The notes: generated from the letters alone by a model not told the origin. A DNA stretch of 63,395 nt, filler included, from Octopus bimaculoides (GCF_001194135.2; 6 parts of 5 records of this genome joined end to end with filler, not necessarily neighbours in it), one strand, 5' to 3'; positions 25,361 through 38,500 are shown, counted from the first letter of the whole stretch. Translations and numbers: made by a program.

Positions 25361-27053
25361 TATGTGTGTGTATGTGTGTGTATGTGTGAGCAATGTGCAC
25401 ATGTTTGTGCGTATATCAAGCAAGCACACACGCATTTAGAATAAGTGTGACTTATGTATATAAATATAGGCATGCATAAATGATTACACACACACACACA
25501 CACACATCAATATAATGTAATATATATATACATATGTATATGTGTCTGTGTGTGTGTGTAAATATTCATGTATGTATGTATGTATATATGTATGTATGTA
25601 TATATGTATGTATGTATGTATGTTTCTCTCTCTCTCTCTCTATATATATATATAAAAACGGAACACAAACTTTACATGTATGTATGTATGTATGTATGTA
25701 TGTATAAAGTCATNNNNNNNNNNNNNNNNNNNNNNNNNNNNNNNNNNNNNNNNNNNNNNNNNNTATATATATATATATATATATATGCATGTATGTATTA
25801 ATGCATGCATGTAGTATGTATGTATAATAAGATGTAAAGCCATCACTGTTCATATCTCTGAGAGGTTATCCGCCAACGGCGACATGTTGCTAAAGAGTAA
25901 ATCAAACAAGAAATCCGCTCAATAGCAACGGTGTGTGTTCTGAACGAGAAAAGAATATAACTGGCATTTACTGTAGTATTAGATATTCAATTGAAATCAT
26001 CTGACAAGGAGATAAAAAATAAATAAATAAATGAAATAAAGAGAGAAAGAAAGTAGTAAATTGTAGAAATTGTAGTGTGTCAATGAACAGTTGAAGACAC
26101 AAGTGAAAAATACGATAATATTTGATGGAAATAAAAGGAAAATGATGACAGACAGACGAAAAAGAAAGTAAAGCAAGTAAGAGAAAAATCTTATGGAAAA
26201 ATGAAAAAGACTAAAAAAAAAAAGAAAAGAAAAAAATTCATTGAAAGTATTAAATCGGAAAATGCGAATAAATAAGGAAGTAGAAATAAATAGATATAAA
26301 CGAAACGAAGATGATGCAGGAGCGGTTTGTATATGAGAGTAAATATAAATTTTGGTTTGCAAAATTGTAGTCTCTTTCTCTTTTATATATATATATATNN
26401 NNNNNNNNNNNNNNNNNNNNNNNNNNNNNNNNNNNNNNNNNNNNNNNNNNNNNNNNNNNNNNNNNNNNNNNNNNNNNNNNNNNNNNNNNNNNNNNNNNNN
26501 NNNNNNNNNNNNNNNNNNNNNNNNNNNNNNNNNNNNNNNNNNNNNNNNNNNNNNNNNNNNNNNNNNNNNNNNNNNNNNNNNNNNNNNNNNNNNNNNNNNN
26601 NNNNNNNNNNNNNNNNNNNNNNNNNNNNNNNNNNNNNNNNNNNNNNNNNNNNNNNNNNNNNNNNNNNNNNNNNNNNNNNNNNNNNNNNNNNNNNNNNNNN
26701 NNNNNNNNNNNNNNNNNNNNNNNNNNNNNNNNNNNNNNNNNNNNNNNNNNNNNNNNNNNNNNNNNNNNNNNNNNNNNNNNNNNNNNNNNNNNNNNNNNNN
26801 NNNNNNNNNNNNNNNNNNNNNNNNNNNNNNNNNNNNNNNNNNNNNNNNNNNNNNNNNNNNNNNNNNNNNNNNNNNNNNNNNNNNNNNNNNNNNNNNNNNN
26901 NNNNNNNNNNNNNNNNNNNNNNNNNNNNNNNNNNNNNNNNNNNNNNNNNNNNNNNNNNNNNNNNNNNNNNNNNNNNNNNNNNNNNNNNNNNNNNNNNNNN
27001 NNNNNNNNNNNNNNNNNNNNNNNNNNNNNNNNNNNNNNNNNNNNNNNNNTATA

Positions 27054-27086
<33 letters not shown>

Positions 27087-27107
27087 ATATGTATGTATGT
27101 ATGTATG

Positions 27108-27218
27108 TCATTATTCAGTTTATTTCAAGATTTCTTGGCAATTGAGCAAGAACAGGTTTCTAACCTAGCTCGAAGGCTCCTTCAATGGAATTTCAACATC
27201 AGCAATTGGGTATTTTTG
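27108..27218 (-). mobile_element. 3' end of the R4/Dong-like LINE in (CATA)n
   Basis: Reverse complement matches 42200-42310 and ends AATAATGA followed by (CATA)n. Confidence 0.7.
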
Positions 27219-28235
27219 TTTGTTTGTATGTATGTATGTATGTATGTATGTATGTACGTATGTATGTATGTGCAGATTTGTATGTATGTATGTATGTATG
27301 TATATATTTGGTGAATGCAATTGAAACAGCATTAAATCAGTGTAGCCACTTGTGTAACATATTAAATATATGTACATCGTAAAAAGGCATGCTGCTGTGT
27401 CTTTTATCTCAGAAATAAAAAAAAAATCTCTTCTTATGAACATCGTTTTAAAAACTAAAGATATTTCGAAGCGAAACAAATATTATCACAACAGTGACCC
27501 ATGGGAACAATAGACGCGTCTCGACTTTGATGGATTTGCAGTATTGTTTGTCCATTTGTCGCATACTCGAACGAAATTCGTACCATGATGCATAACAGAC
27601 AATGAAAAATACATTCGCTGATATTGTGGAATTCTTGCCAGGCTGTAAAAAACTTCGGTGACTAAAACCACAACAGTATGCTATTTTAATTTGATTGTAT
27701 TTCAGTTGTATTTACACATAAGTGATGGTAGCAGTAGTAGTGGTGGTGGGTTTCATTCGTGGGAGTAATGTTGACAGAACCATTGTGGTTGAGGAACGAG
27801 GGATCTGCAAATTTTGCAAGAGATCCTTATTGTAAAGTTAGAGTATGTAAATTAAGGAAGATTTAGCTGCTACTTTTCGCATATCGAGTCACCACATAAT
27901 GCTTGTTCCTTGACTTGTGGCTATCTTAATTAATTTGAATATGCGTGGAAAAGGTAATTAGAATCTTTTATAGGAAAATATCAATAGATTATTAAAATAT
28001 ATACAGCAACCTCCACCACCCCAAAAAGAAAACAACAAAGGCTACAACAACAGCAATAACAACAACAATCGTCAAGAACAACAAACAAAGCAGATGAATG
28101 AGTTACTACATAGTAATTTTTTTGATGTTTTAAATTTTAATTCGATTTTCTTGTCTCTTTAAATATGGATGCAGAATAAGGAAAAGAGAGAAACAGCACG
28201 TGTTTTTATGTGTGAAAACGTTAGGAACAGAGAGA

Positions 28236-28288
<53 letters not shown>

Positions 28289-28709
28289 AAAAGGGTGGGG
28301 ATGAGAGAGATTGAGAGGTGGAGACGAAGAAAAGTGATGGAATAAATAAGTGGTGTGTGAAAGAGAGCGTATGTATGTTTGTGGAGAAACTGATATATAT
28401 ATGTGGAGAGAGAGTGAGAGAGAGAGAGAGAAGGAGAGAGAGAGGAAGAGTGAGAGAGAGGAGGAGGGAGAGAGAGCAGAATGTAGGTGTGGTATAAAAG
28501 AAAACATGAAAGAATGTGAAAGAGAGACGGAGACCGACAGAGACAGAGACGTGTGAGTTTGTCATTATATGCACCCGTGTGTTTGTGTGCTTACAGCTGT
28601 GTGCGAGTCTATAAAAGAAGAGAGGAAAGAAGGAGAGAATGATTCAAAGAAGAAATCCAATTTAAGAAATGCGAGACTATCTATCTATCTATCTATCTGT
28701 CTGACTGTC

Positions 28710-28742
<33 letters not shown>

Positions 28743-29203
28743 ATCTATCTATCTATCTATCTATCTGTCTGTCTGTCTGACTGTCTCTGTCTGTCTGTCT
28801 GTCTGGCTGTCTCTATCTATCTGCATACAATGTGTCTTTCTATCTGCATACATATCTGTCGATATATAGTTGTATCTCTTCTTTTCTCTTCCTTCCCTCT
28901 TTCTCGCTCGTTCAATATGTATGTATTATATTATATTAAACTCTAATATATGATTGCGTCTGTGTGTCATATGATAAGCAGTAAGTGGCTCAGAGTTTTA
29001 AAGATGTGGCTGTAAGACAACCATCAGATGATTAAAGACTCAACCTTTTTACTCGAACATCAGCAATATACATGAAGTAATATTTTTACCTGCAGAGTAT
29101 TCAGTATTGTGTTATGGATTTGAAAAATAGAAAGGGGAATAACTTATTACATATAGTCATACATTCTCGGCGGTGGATTATTTCTTTTGGGTGAGATTTG
29201 CTT

Positions 29204-29470
29204 GCAGCGAGATGACAGAATCATTAGCACGCTGGGCGAGTTGCGAACAGCACGCTGGGCGAGTTGCGAACAGCACGCTGGGCGAGTTGCGAACAGCACG
29301 CTGGGCGAGTTGCGAACAGCACGCTGGGCGAGTTGCGAACAGTATTTCGTCTGTCATTGCGTTCTGAGTTCAAATTCCTCCCCGATCGCCTTTCATCCCT
29401 TTCGCGGTCGAAAGGTAAGTACTGGTCGAGCACTGGGGTTGATGTAATCGACTTGACTACTCCTGGATAA
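29204..29470 (+). mobile_element. SINE-C copy with an internal 23-bp x5 expansion
   Basis: SINE-C head and centre. AGCACGCTGGGCGAGTTGCGAAC is repeated perfectly five times at 29226-29340. Confidence 0.85.
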
Positions 29471-29831
29471 GATTTAAAAAACTGCAAACCAGTTTGATCT
29501 CAAGCTGAAATTCACGCCCTCCACATCAGATCGTGGTTGGTGTAGAGCAATGCCAAGGACTCCGTCTTGCAGTGGACTGAACATAGGTAATCCAATCCAA
29601 TCCAGTTAAAAATATCAGGATTTTGAATTTCTTAGTGGTAGTATATATGGAAAGTTAATGAATTGAAAGTATGGCAGTATCAATGGATCTCTTGCCATAC
29701 GGCATAGTGACTTACTTGCATAGTATAGACGAAAAGGCTATAAAGAACGTGAATATCTTATATATAGAGTATGGTTGATCGAGGCAAGAAGTTAAGTATT
29801 GATTGATTCATTAAGGTGGTGGTACAATCTT

Positions 29832-31390
29832 TCAGTGCTTTAGTAGGAACTTATCGAAATGGCGACATTTGGTAAAAGTCTCTGATTTGACATCTGAATA
29901 GTCTACGGATTTGTTAAATTCAAGAGTTTCAAATAGTTTTCAGCTATGCCTAACATGAAGCATTTTGTACCACGACCAGCATGTCGAGAGTATTTCACTT
30001 GATATCGAAATTTAGTAACATATTCTTTCAGATACCCGATGCAACTGGAGGGACATTGCATTCACATTTTCTATATTTCTGAAGAAAGAAGTATGGTTGA
30101 AGTATCAATGTTTAAATTTATCTTCCACTACACCTTTATAGCGATTAGGTTTGTGTTTGATGGAGGTGACTTCTGTCTCATATAAAAACTTATTAGCGTT
30201 ACATGCCTGATTAAGGAAGTTTGTATTCGTATTTGTCCTCGATTGTCCTCGTTGTCCTTGATTGGCTTAATTAGTAGGCTTGTTAATACACTTTCTTTCT
30301 TGGTAATTATAGTTGTTTTCTTGTTACCTTAGTGGTATAGTTAATTTTTATGAAACAATTTTCTCTATTAGTGATTCATGGAGAAATGTCAATTTATTAA
30401 GGTTGGGCAGTTTTAGCAAAGCTACCATTTAACATTTGAAAAGGAAGTATGAGGTATGAACCAGATAATATTGCATTGACTCTTTTTACTATTGGAGTGG
30501 GAGAGAATAGGTCAGTTGTATATGTGATTTTGGTTTGGATACTCTAGCTTTTACTGTCTTATTTTAGTAGTGCGCCGTGTTGTCGAAGTTTCTTCGATAG
30601 CAGACTGAATATAATTCTACTGATATAATATATTTTTTGAAAGCTAAAGTTGGTTGGTAGGAATCTATATCAAAATACGCGAGTTTTTCATTAAGATTGC
30701 TACATGGCTAATATTTGTCACTTGCTAGTCTGAGGATAACATCTAAGAAATTTATAGTACTTATGTAAATGAAACTATTTATAAAATCTTTTTATATGAA
30801 GCTGTACTAAAGAACTTTTTCTATACGCATTTAGTTTATCCCCATAAGTGTGTTGGTAATCCCTCTTCAATTATGGAATGCTAACGTGACTTGGCGAGGA
30901 AGTTGGCACCTCCGAAGTTCAGTTTAAGTTTTCAGCAGGGAAGTGTTCTCTCTGCGTTTTTCTTTAACTATGTCAATAATTGGTTACCAGATCGTGTTCT
31001 GGCGAAATTCTTGAGTGTCACTGCACAAGATTTCACCATTACTGATATCTGATTGACAAAGATATACAGGAAACTATTGAATGCCTCAGTGTATAAGCGT
31101 TGCATGGTGGATTGGCAATTAACTAAAAAGGAGGGCAAAATACATGTGGGTACCGTTATATTCAAGGGCGAGATTCTAAAAGCCTACGATCAGTCCAAAT
31201 ACCCTGGGACTACGTTCACTGTCAAGGAAAGATGTAAGATGGTATGTGTCTTCTATAAATATGTGCGCAGTGCATACGTTTAATTAAAAACATGTTTATC
31301 ATCAATGTGTAAAGAAATCACACAGTAAAATCCCATGGTTCTTACTGCTGAATGAACGTAAGAAAAATCCGACGAGTTTCGCCTGTTCAT
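29832..31390 (-). mobile_element. Decayed Penelope-like element (RT plus GIY-YIG region)
   Basis: The minus strand gives INFLDVILRLASDKY*P..NEKL.Y (30630-30755, like PLE VNFLDVTLNL), MLGIAENYLK (GIY-YIG YIG-like) and terminal SETFTKCRHFDKFLLKH* (stop 29832-29834, like PLE SEL..KCRH..KFLL). The 5' limit is uncertain. Confidence 0.65.
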
Positions 31391-32048
31391 TATCGGCTCA
31401 TTCTATTAATGTATGTAAATGAATATGAATATTTATGAATATATATATGTGTGTGTGTGGGGGGGGGAGGGTTGCATGTATGTGGGAGCTTGTGAGTGTA
31501 AGTGTAGGCGCATAATAGAGAAAGGGAGAGAGGGAAGAAGACACTCAGAGTCTGCGTTAACAGAATGAGAGATAGAGTGAGAGAATGCGTTGACAGAAGG
31601 GAAATAGAAATAAGCACGGTGAGAGAAAGGGAGAGAGAAGTAGGAGGGAAATAGAATAATACATGGAGTATAGTTAGATTGATAGAGAAAAATAAAGAAA
31701 GGGGGAGAAATAAGAAGTGGAGTAAAGATTGTGGTAGTCGAAGCTATGATATTATGGAAGAAGATGTAATGGTTGTGATCGCACACATATTGTTATAGTA
31801 GTGTCTTGTGTCTTGTGTAATTGGTGTTGTCAGTTACATTTAATAGGTTGGACGGTTCCACTCCCTACCCTAGCCCGTCTCCTTACTCTTCTTATCATCA
31901 ACAACATACTGACCTTCCTGAAGAAGCATCTTAATCATCGTTCTTTACCTTAGATTTTGTCTTCTGGCGAAGATCAACGTAAAACACTCGCCTCGCTTCG
32001 CTGAAGCAGAACGTTTGAACGGATGATCTCAGATGCATTAGCAATAAG

Positions 32049-32170
<122 letters not shown>

Positions 32171-32462
32171 AACAAACACACACACACACACACAAAAACA
32201 AACGCACACACACACACACATACATACACACACACACTCGTACGAAAACACTGTAACACAGACAATCTAAAACACGGAGACATTGACACGCACACACACA
32301 CACACTCACACACACACACAAACAAACAAACAAACACACACACACACATGCACGCACGCACACAAACACAGACACACACGCGTTCGGTAGACACGTATAC
32401 TCTTGTACAGACAAATTTCTGCGAACTATTATCTATAACATAAATAATATATAACGTAAACA

Positions 32463-32526
<64 letters not shown>

Positions 32527-32540
32527 ATCTATCTATCTTA

Positions 32541-33094
32541 ACCGGGAAGGCAAGGTAGTGTTCATCGTACTGGTGGCCATGGTGAAAGAATGTGTGCGGT
32601 GGACTCGAGCGAAAGGTTTAGAGACAAACACTTTCCTCTCTGGCCAATCGCTCATCAACTTTTTCAAGTACCACTTGAAAAGGAAGGTGAGAATAGAGAG
32701 GCAAGTTTTCTCCCGTGACAGTGTCAATAAAAGGTGGGTGAATGTAGCAAAGATTGTACGTGCGAGTGACGAAACCACTTTGAGCATGATGCTATAAATC
32801 GAAAAGACAGAGAGACAGAGAGCACTTTGCTCTCATGTGTTTATTTCCTTCTTGCCTGAGGTTACCGTGGTCTTTTCCGTAGGCTTTTCTTTCCACGGTT
32901 AAACCTAACCATGCTTTTCATATTTTTAATATTTTTTGTGATACACTATCCCTTTTGATCGTATTTTTTTTTTTTGCACGAACTCTTTTGATCGGAATTT
33001 TATTTTCTCCTTTTTTCTATTTTCGAAAAGTAAAGCTCTACATTGTATTTTGTCCCCTCTGTGTTCGGCCCTGTGTGGCTAATAAAAAAAAAAA
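32541..33094 (+). mobile_element. 5'-truncated Tx1/L1-type LINE embedded in (TATC)n
   Basis: ORF 32558-32797 (VAMVKECVRWTRAKGLETNTFLSGQSLINFFKYHLKRKVRIER), 3' UTR and A tail. (TATC)n arrays lie on both sides. Confidence 0.85.
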
Positions 33095-33096
33095 CA

Positions 33097-33186
<90 letters not shown>

Positions 33187-33353
33187 ATCTTGCTAGCTAC
33201 CTAGCAATACGTCTGTGAATATCCATAGTTTTAAGAAATTACTTTTGCAACCACATGTTACCAGGAAAGATCTCACAAGAGGGCATTTTATCGGGCTGGA
33301 ACAATAACTTCTTGCTTCTAATTTTGCAGACAGAAACTGCACAAGCTCATTGT

Positions 33354-33412
<59 letters not shown>

Positions 33413-33891
33413 GATATATACTTACATACATACGCACGCACACACATACATACACACACACACGTAAATATATAAATACACATACATATACATACATGCA
33501 TACATGCATACATACATATATACATACATACATACACACATACTGATATATATATATATATACTCACAAACGTACACATACACACACACATACAGACATT
33601 CATGATGACTGTTGACTCGTTAAATGAATATGATCGTAGCTGACTAAATGAAATGTCAGCGTATTACAAGTGAGAACGATAATGGCTCTTGAATCCTGCC
33701 AGTGACTTACAGAACTTGAAGGTTCGACGTTCATGTAAATTCTTTTGACTTCTTGATCGTTCCGGATCATTCCGGTGATTTTCTCTGAGCATCCTCATGT
33801 AACTACAAAAACCTGAGCGATTTATACACGTTCTCTGGCGCTCGTTGTAGTTTGTAGCAAATCTTTCTAGAAGTATATGAATGTATGTATG

Positions 33892-33925
33892 TCATTATTC
33901 ACTTTTATTTCAAGATTTCTTGCTA
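33892..33925 (-). mobile_element. Short 3' tail of the R4/Dong-like LINE next to (CATA)n
   Basis: Reverse complement GCAAGAAATCTTGAAATAAAAGTGAATAATGA followed by CATACATACAT. Confidence 0.6.
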
Positions 33926-34295
33926 AGGAAAATGCAATTTAATTGTAAAATATGAATGAAGGTAGGAATTGAAACGTACGTAGGCAGCATGAAAATGACT
34001 ACTGTTACAGCATGTAAATAAATCGAATTTCCATGCTCACAGTCTCCATTTTTTTACATACACACACACACTAACACACACAGCTAGAAGCGTAAGTACA
34101 TTGATGTATGACTACCTCTACGTGTCAATAAATATAAATACTACTCAACAGTAGGATTTAAACAGAGTTATAAGGTAGACTTATGAACGAGATAAAACTA
34201 CGTAGGGTCTGTATCCCTGTCACCAGAAACTGAGATTGATTTGACTAGTTTCAGTATTTACCAACAGCACATCAGTGACCGATTTCCCGTTTCTG

Positions 34296-34516
34296 AATAT
34301 TGGCTTCAAGTTTTGGCACAAAGCCAACAGTTTCAGGGGAGGAGGTAAGCCGATTACATCGATACCAGTGTTCAACTGGTACTTATTTGATCGAATCCGA
34401 AAGGATGAAAGGTAAAGTCGACATCGACGGAATTTGAACACAGGATGTAAAGACGGATGTAATGCCGCTAAGTATTTTTGCTCGGTGGGGTAACGATTCT
34501 GCCATCTTGTTGCCTT
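34296..34516 (-). mobile_element. SINE-C copy
   Basis: Homologous head, centre and tail. Confidence 0.85.
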
Positions 34517-34726
34517 ATCCCTTTTCTGAATATTAGGTTTTAGTGATGTATCATATAACCCATGGGTCTTGCATGCAGTGTCTACTTTTCGCACATATTC
34601 TAAATGTGTGTTTGTTAAAAAAAACCATACTCGCTCTTACAAACACAGATGCGCATAAATATACGTATCCAATCTCAATCTTACACACACACGTACGCAC
34701 ACGCCCGAGCATGCACACACACACAC

Positions 34727-34757
<31 letters not shown>

Positions 34758-35406
34758 CAGACGAACACATGCGATAATAATCCTACGCATCCAAATAGAT
34801 ACACAATCAGAATTATTATCCTACGCTCTACCTCATGTTAGTTAGTTCACTTTTGGCTGTATGGATAAGAATTTCGCTTCACAGCCATACAGTTTCGGTT
34901 AGATTCCATTGAGCGACACATTGGGCTTGTGTCATTTATAGTCTCGGATTGACCAATATCTTGTGAAATTTGATTAAAGGCAGAAACTATAAAGAAATAT
35001 TAAGCACATGCATTAAACACAAACATTAAGCACATACAATCACACATTCACAATCGTACACACATACGCACACACACATACATACATATACATCACCTCA
35101 CTTTCGTATTCTTATACTTTTACATAGATACACATAAATCAACACACACACACATATAGACGTTGATCAATATTATCTCTAATGAATCAGAAAGAATTAC
35201 AGCCCCTTCCTCGCCTTGCAACTAGCTAATCAGCTTAATTACATCGATATTAAAATTGCTATGCATTTAATTAATTTACTTCATGTTATTTATTTATAAA
35301 ATTAATTGCCTCAAAAATACGGTACAGTCAGCAGAAAGGTAAAGAACAGCGCTACTTTCCAGTATTTTAGTATTTTAATATACATACATACATAGTAACA
35401 TATATG

Positions 35407-35449
<43 letters not shown>

Positions 35450-35703
35450 CATGCACACACACATGCATATGCATGCGTATGTGTGATTTTATTTATGTGT
35501 ATATCTATATTTATAGATATATCTATCAATCTATCTATCATCTCCTTCTCTCTCTCTCTCTCTCACTCCCTCACTCTCCCCTCTCCCCCTCTCTCTCCCC
35601 TCTTCCCATCCCTCTCTCCCTCTCTCTCCACTCTCTCCCCCTCTCTCCCCTCTGTCCCTCTCCCCCTCCTTCTCCCCTCTCTGTGTGTGTATGTGTGTGT
35701 TTG

Positions 35704-35734
<31 letters not shown>

Positions 35735-35741
35735 GGGTATA

Positions 35742-35813
<72 letters not shown>

Positions 35814-36519
35814 CACACACACGCGCACACACCCGCATAAACATATACGTACTTGTTTATTGTGTACAATACACGATATATGCCCAAAATTTGGGTAAGA
35901 ATAGCATTATATTTAGATGGGATTTAAAAAATCGCATGAACAAAAGTACGCATGAACAAACTTATGCTCTTGGAAACGAATATATCGAAGGCGGTAGTCC
36001 GGAGACATCTAACGACTAATGATCACTACGCGTTGCCTCTGGCTATGAAACACCATAGCACCATATGCATAGAGAATGTATCCAACGGTAATTGTTAATT
36101 CGTTTTACAATGTTGTTGATTCCTTGTTATACACTCCATTATTTAAAAATTTAAAAGATTGCCTCATAAAACATGAAAATTATATTTCTGACGGATGCTC
36201 GGACTGAAAATAATTCTGTTTGCATCTTTATAACAAAAGTAAGAACACGAAGGAAAGATGTGTTACTCAAGTAGAAATATTAAATTTAAATTCATTAAAT
36301 TTGCTGCTAAAAACAAGTGTATTAGCTCTAGAAAATTCGGTGTTTTTTAGTGCATCATAATACTATGGACAAAGATCAAGGTCCAACTGAAAAAGAAATT
36401 ACGCTAAGCAGTAAAGAATCTACACGAAGAAAACAGGATTCCTATCCAGAACTATTAAAAGAATCGTTTGACTGGGTTAGAGTCAAGACAAAATAAGTAT
36501 AAATATTCTTTTATCTTCT

Positions 36520-36938
36520 TGGTACAAGGTCCGAAACTTTTGGAGAGGGGGCCAGTCGATTAGATCGATCCCAGTACACAACTCTTACTTAATTTATCGA
36601 CTCCGAAAGGATGAAAGGCAAAGTCGACCTCGACGGAATTTGAACTCAGAACGTAAAGACGGACGAAATACCGCTAAGCATTTTGCTCGTTGTGCAAACG
36701 TTTCTTATTTCTTTATTGCCAACAAGGGGCTAAACATAGAGGAGACAAACAAGGACAGACAAAGGGATTAAGTCGATTACATCGACCCCAGTGCGTAACT
36801 GGTACTTATTTAATCGACCCCGAGAGAATGAAAGGCAAAGTCGACCTCGGCGGAATTTGAACTCAGAACATAAAGACAGACGAAATACCACTAAGTATTT
36901 CGCCCGGCGTGCTAACGTTTCTGCCAGCTCCCCGCCTT
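36520..36938 (-). mobile_element. Head-to-tail SINE-C dimer; the upstream unit (36706-36938) carries the Tx1-like tail
   Basis: Two SINE-C bodies. The junction on the minus strand is ..GGCAATAAAGAAATA|AGAAACGTT.., where the downstream unit lacks the first ~15 nt of its head. Confidence 0.85.
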
Positions 36939-37308
36939 AAAGCAAGGATAAATATTGTAACAGCACTGCATATAAAGTTACAAAATAATTAATTCTTAAA
37001 AATGTGAAATGTGGTGCTGTTGAATCGGTTAAATTTTCAAATGTGGTGCCAGTGATTCTTCAGAAGGCATTACATATGTATAGGCTAGAACAAGAAAAAT
37101 TCTACAGAATCTACCCTAAATATATATATTGTTTAGGCGTTGCGATACTAATAGCCTGGTGTAGAACTCAATATACAATGCTTCAGAACGAATAGTTGGT
37201 TGAGTACAGAGCAGTAATAAGAAATGAGATGACGAAGGAATTAGCAATTATCTAATGAACTTCATTAGCTCACAACTGTTTCTGCTATAAGATGCAGCGG
37301 ACTCATAG

Positions 37309-37392
37309 TTGAGTGCTTGAGTAACACCTTATAGCTTCCCCGGAGCCTCATTGAGTGCTTGAGTAACACCTTATAGCTTCACCGGAGCCTCA
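37309..37392. repeat. 42-bp tandem duplication (1 mismatch)
   Basis: TTGAGTGCTTGAGTAACACCTTATAGCTTCCCCGGAGCCTCA occurs twice. Confidence 0.9.
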
Positions 37393-37544
37393 ATTAGAAT
37401 CCACTGTAACTTATAGCAGAGGTAACTGTAAACTAAGGCACTTCATTCGGTAATTGTTTATTCCTGTGTCATCTCATTGTCTTTATATATATTTATAATT
37501 GTTTTTAATATAGACACAAAAGTAAAATTTGGATGATGGGAATA

Positions 37545-37690
37545 ATTTTATGACGAGCTGAGTAATTCACTGGTGTTTATTTATCAACTCCGAAAGGATG
37601 AAAGACAAAGTCGGCCGTGGCGGGATTTGAACTCAGAACGTAAAAAGCCGGAAGAAATATAGCGAAACATTTTCTCCGATTTGCTAACCA
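37545..37690 (-). mobile_element. SINE-C copy (partial)
   Basis: Central GAAAGGATGAAAG..GATTTGAACTCAGAACGTAAA homology. Confidence 0.75.
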
Positions 37691-38292
37691 CTGTCCTTAA
37701 TTGTTTCTGAGATCGTTGTGATTGACTGATACTTTACTTAATTGACCCCAGAAACATGTGAGGTAAAATTGACCTTAGCGGGAACTGAACTCTGAATACA
37801 GAAACTGGCTATGCATAATTAAAGATATAGTAAACGTTTGTAGCAAAGATTTTGTGAAATAAAATTTGTGGATACCAATGGAAATTGAAGAAGATTTATA
37901 AGGTGATAATAGCCGGTATTCATGTAGATATATTACACAAGTGAGGGTGTGTAGCCTAGTGGTTAGGGTGTTGTACTCATGATTACAAGATCATGGTTTC
38001 AATTACTGTAATTGAATCACTTGCGACGTTCAGAATAAATGCTGTTTATCTTTGTTACTTGATACCATGAAAACTGGGCAACCCATCCTATGAGTCCGAG
38101 GAATTGAGATAGTAATGTCGAAGGGACGTTTATGTCCCATAAGCATAAGCTGTATATATTTATAGCTAGCAAAGGAAGATTATAGTTTCGAACCACTTCC
38201 ATTTATTTTGAATAATCTTAGTCCGTTTAGGACTTTTAAGCTGTGGTGTACAAAGTTACACATTTGTAAATGCTATTATTTTACTACAGTTA

Positions 38293-38500
38293 AGGGCAGC
38301 GAGCTGGCGGAATCGTTGTCGCAACGGAGAAAATGCTGAGCGGCATCCATCTTTACGTTCTCAGTCCAAATTCCGCCGAGGTCGACTTTGCCTTTCATCT
38401 TTTCAGGGTCGTTAAAATAAGTACCAGTTGAGCCCTGGGGCCAATGTAATCGACTCGACCTCTCCCTCAAAATTTCAGGTATTGTCCCTACAATAGAAAG
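38293..38500 (+). mobile_element. SINE-C copy
   Basis: GGCAGCGAGCTGGCGGAATCG..GTCGACTTTGCCTTTCATC..AAAATAAGTACCAG. Confidence 0.85.

Noticed and set aside
29226-29340. CRISPR array
   Set aside because: The repeats are contiguous with no spacers, lie in a SINE, and there are no cas genes; the DNA is eukaryotic.
31355-31400. Hammerhead at the end of the decayed Penelope element (CCGAUAAUGA..CGAAACUCGUC on -)
   Set aside because: Core has at least two substitutions and stem II is not formed.
31905-32045. Candidate minus-strand exon ending at GAAG|GTCAGT or AAG|GTAAAG
   Set aside because: Donor-like sites exist, but there is no convincing acceptor and no recognisable peptide.
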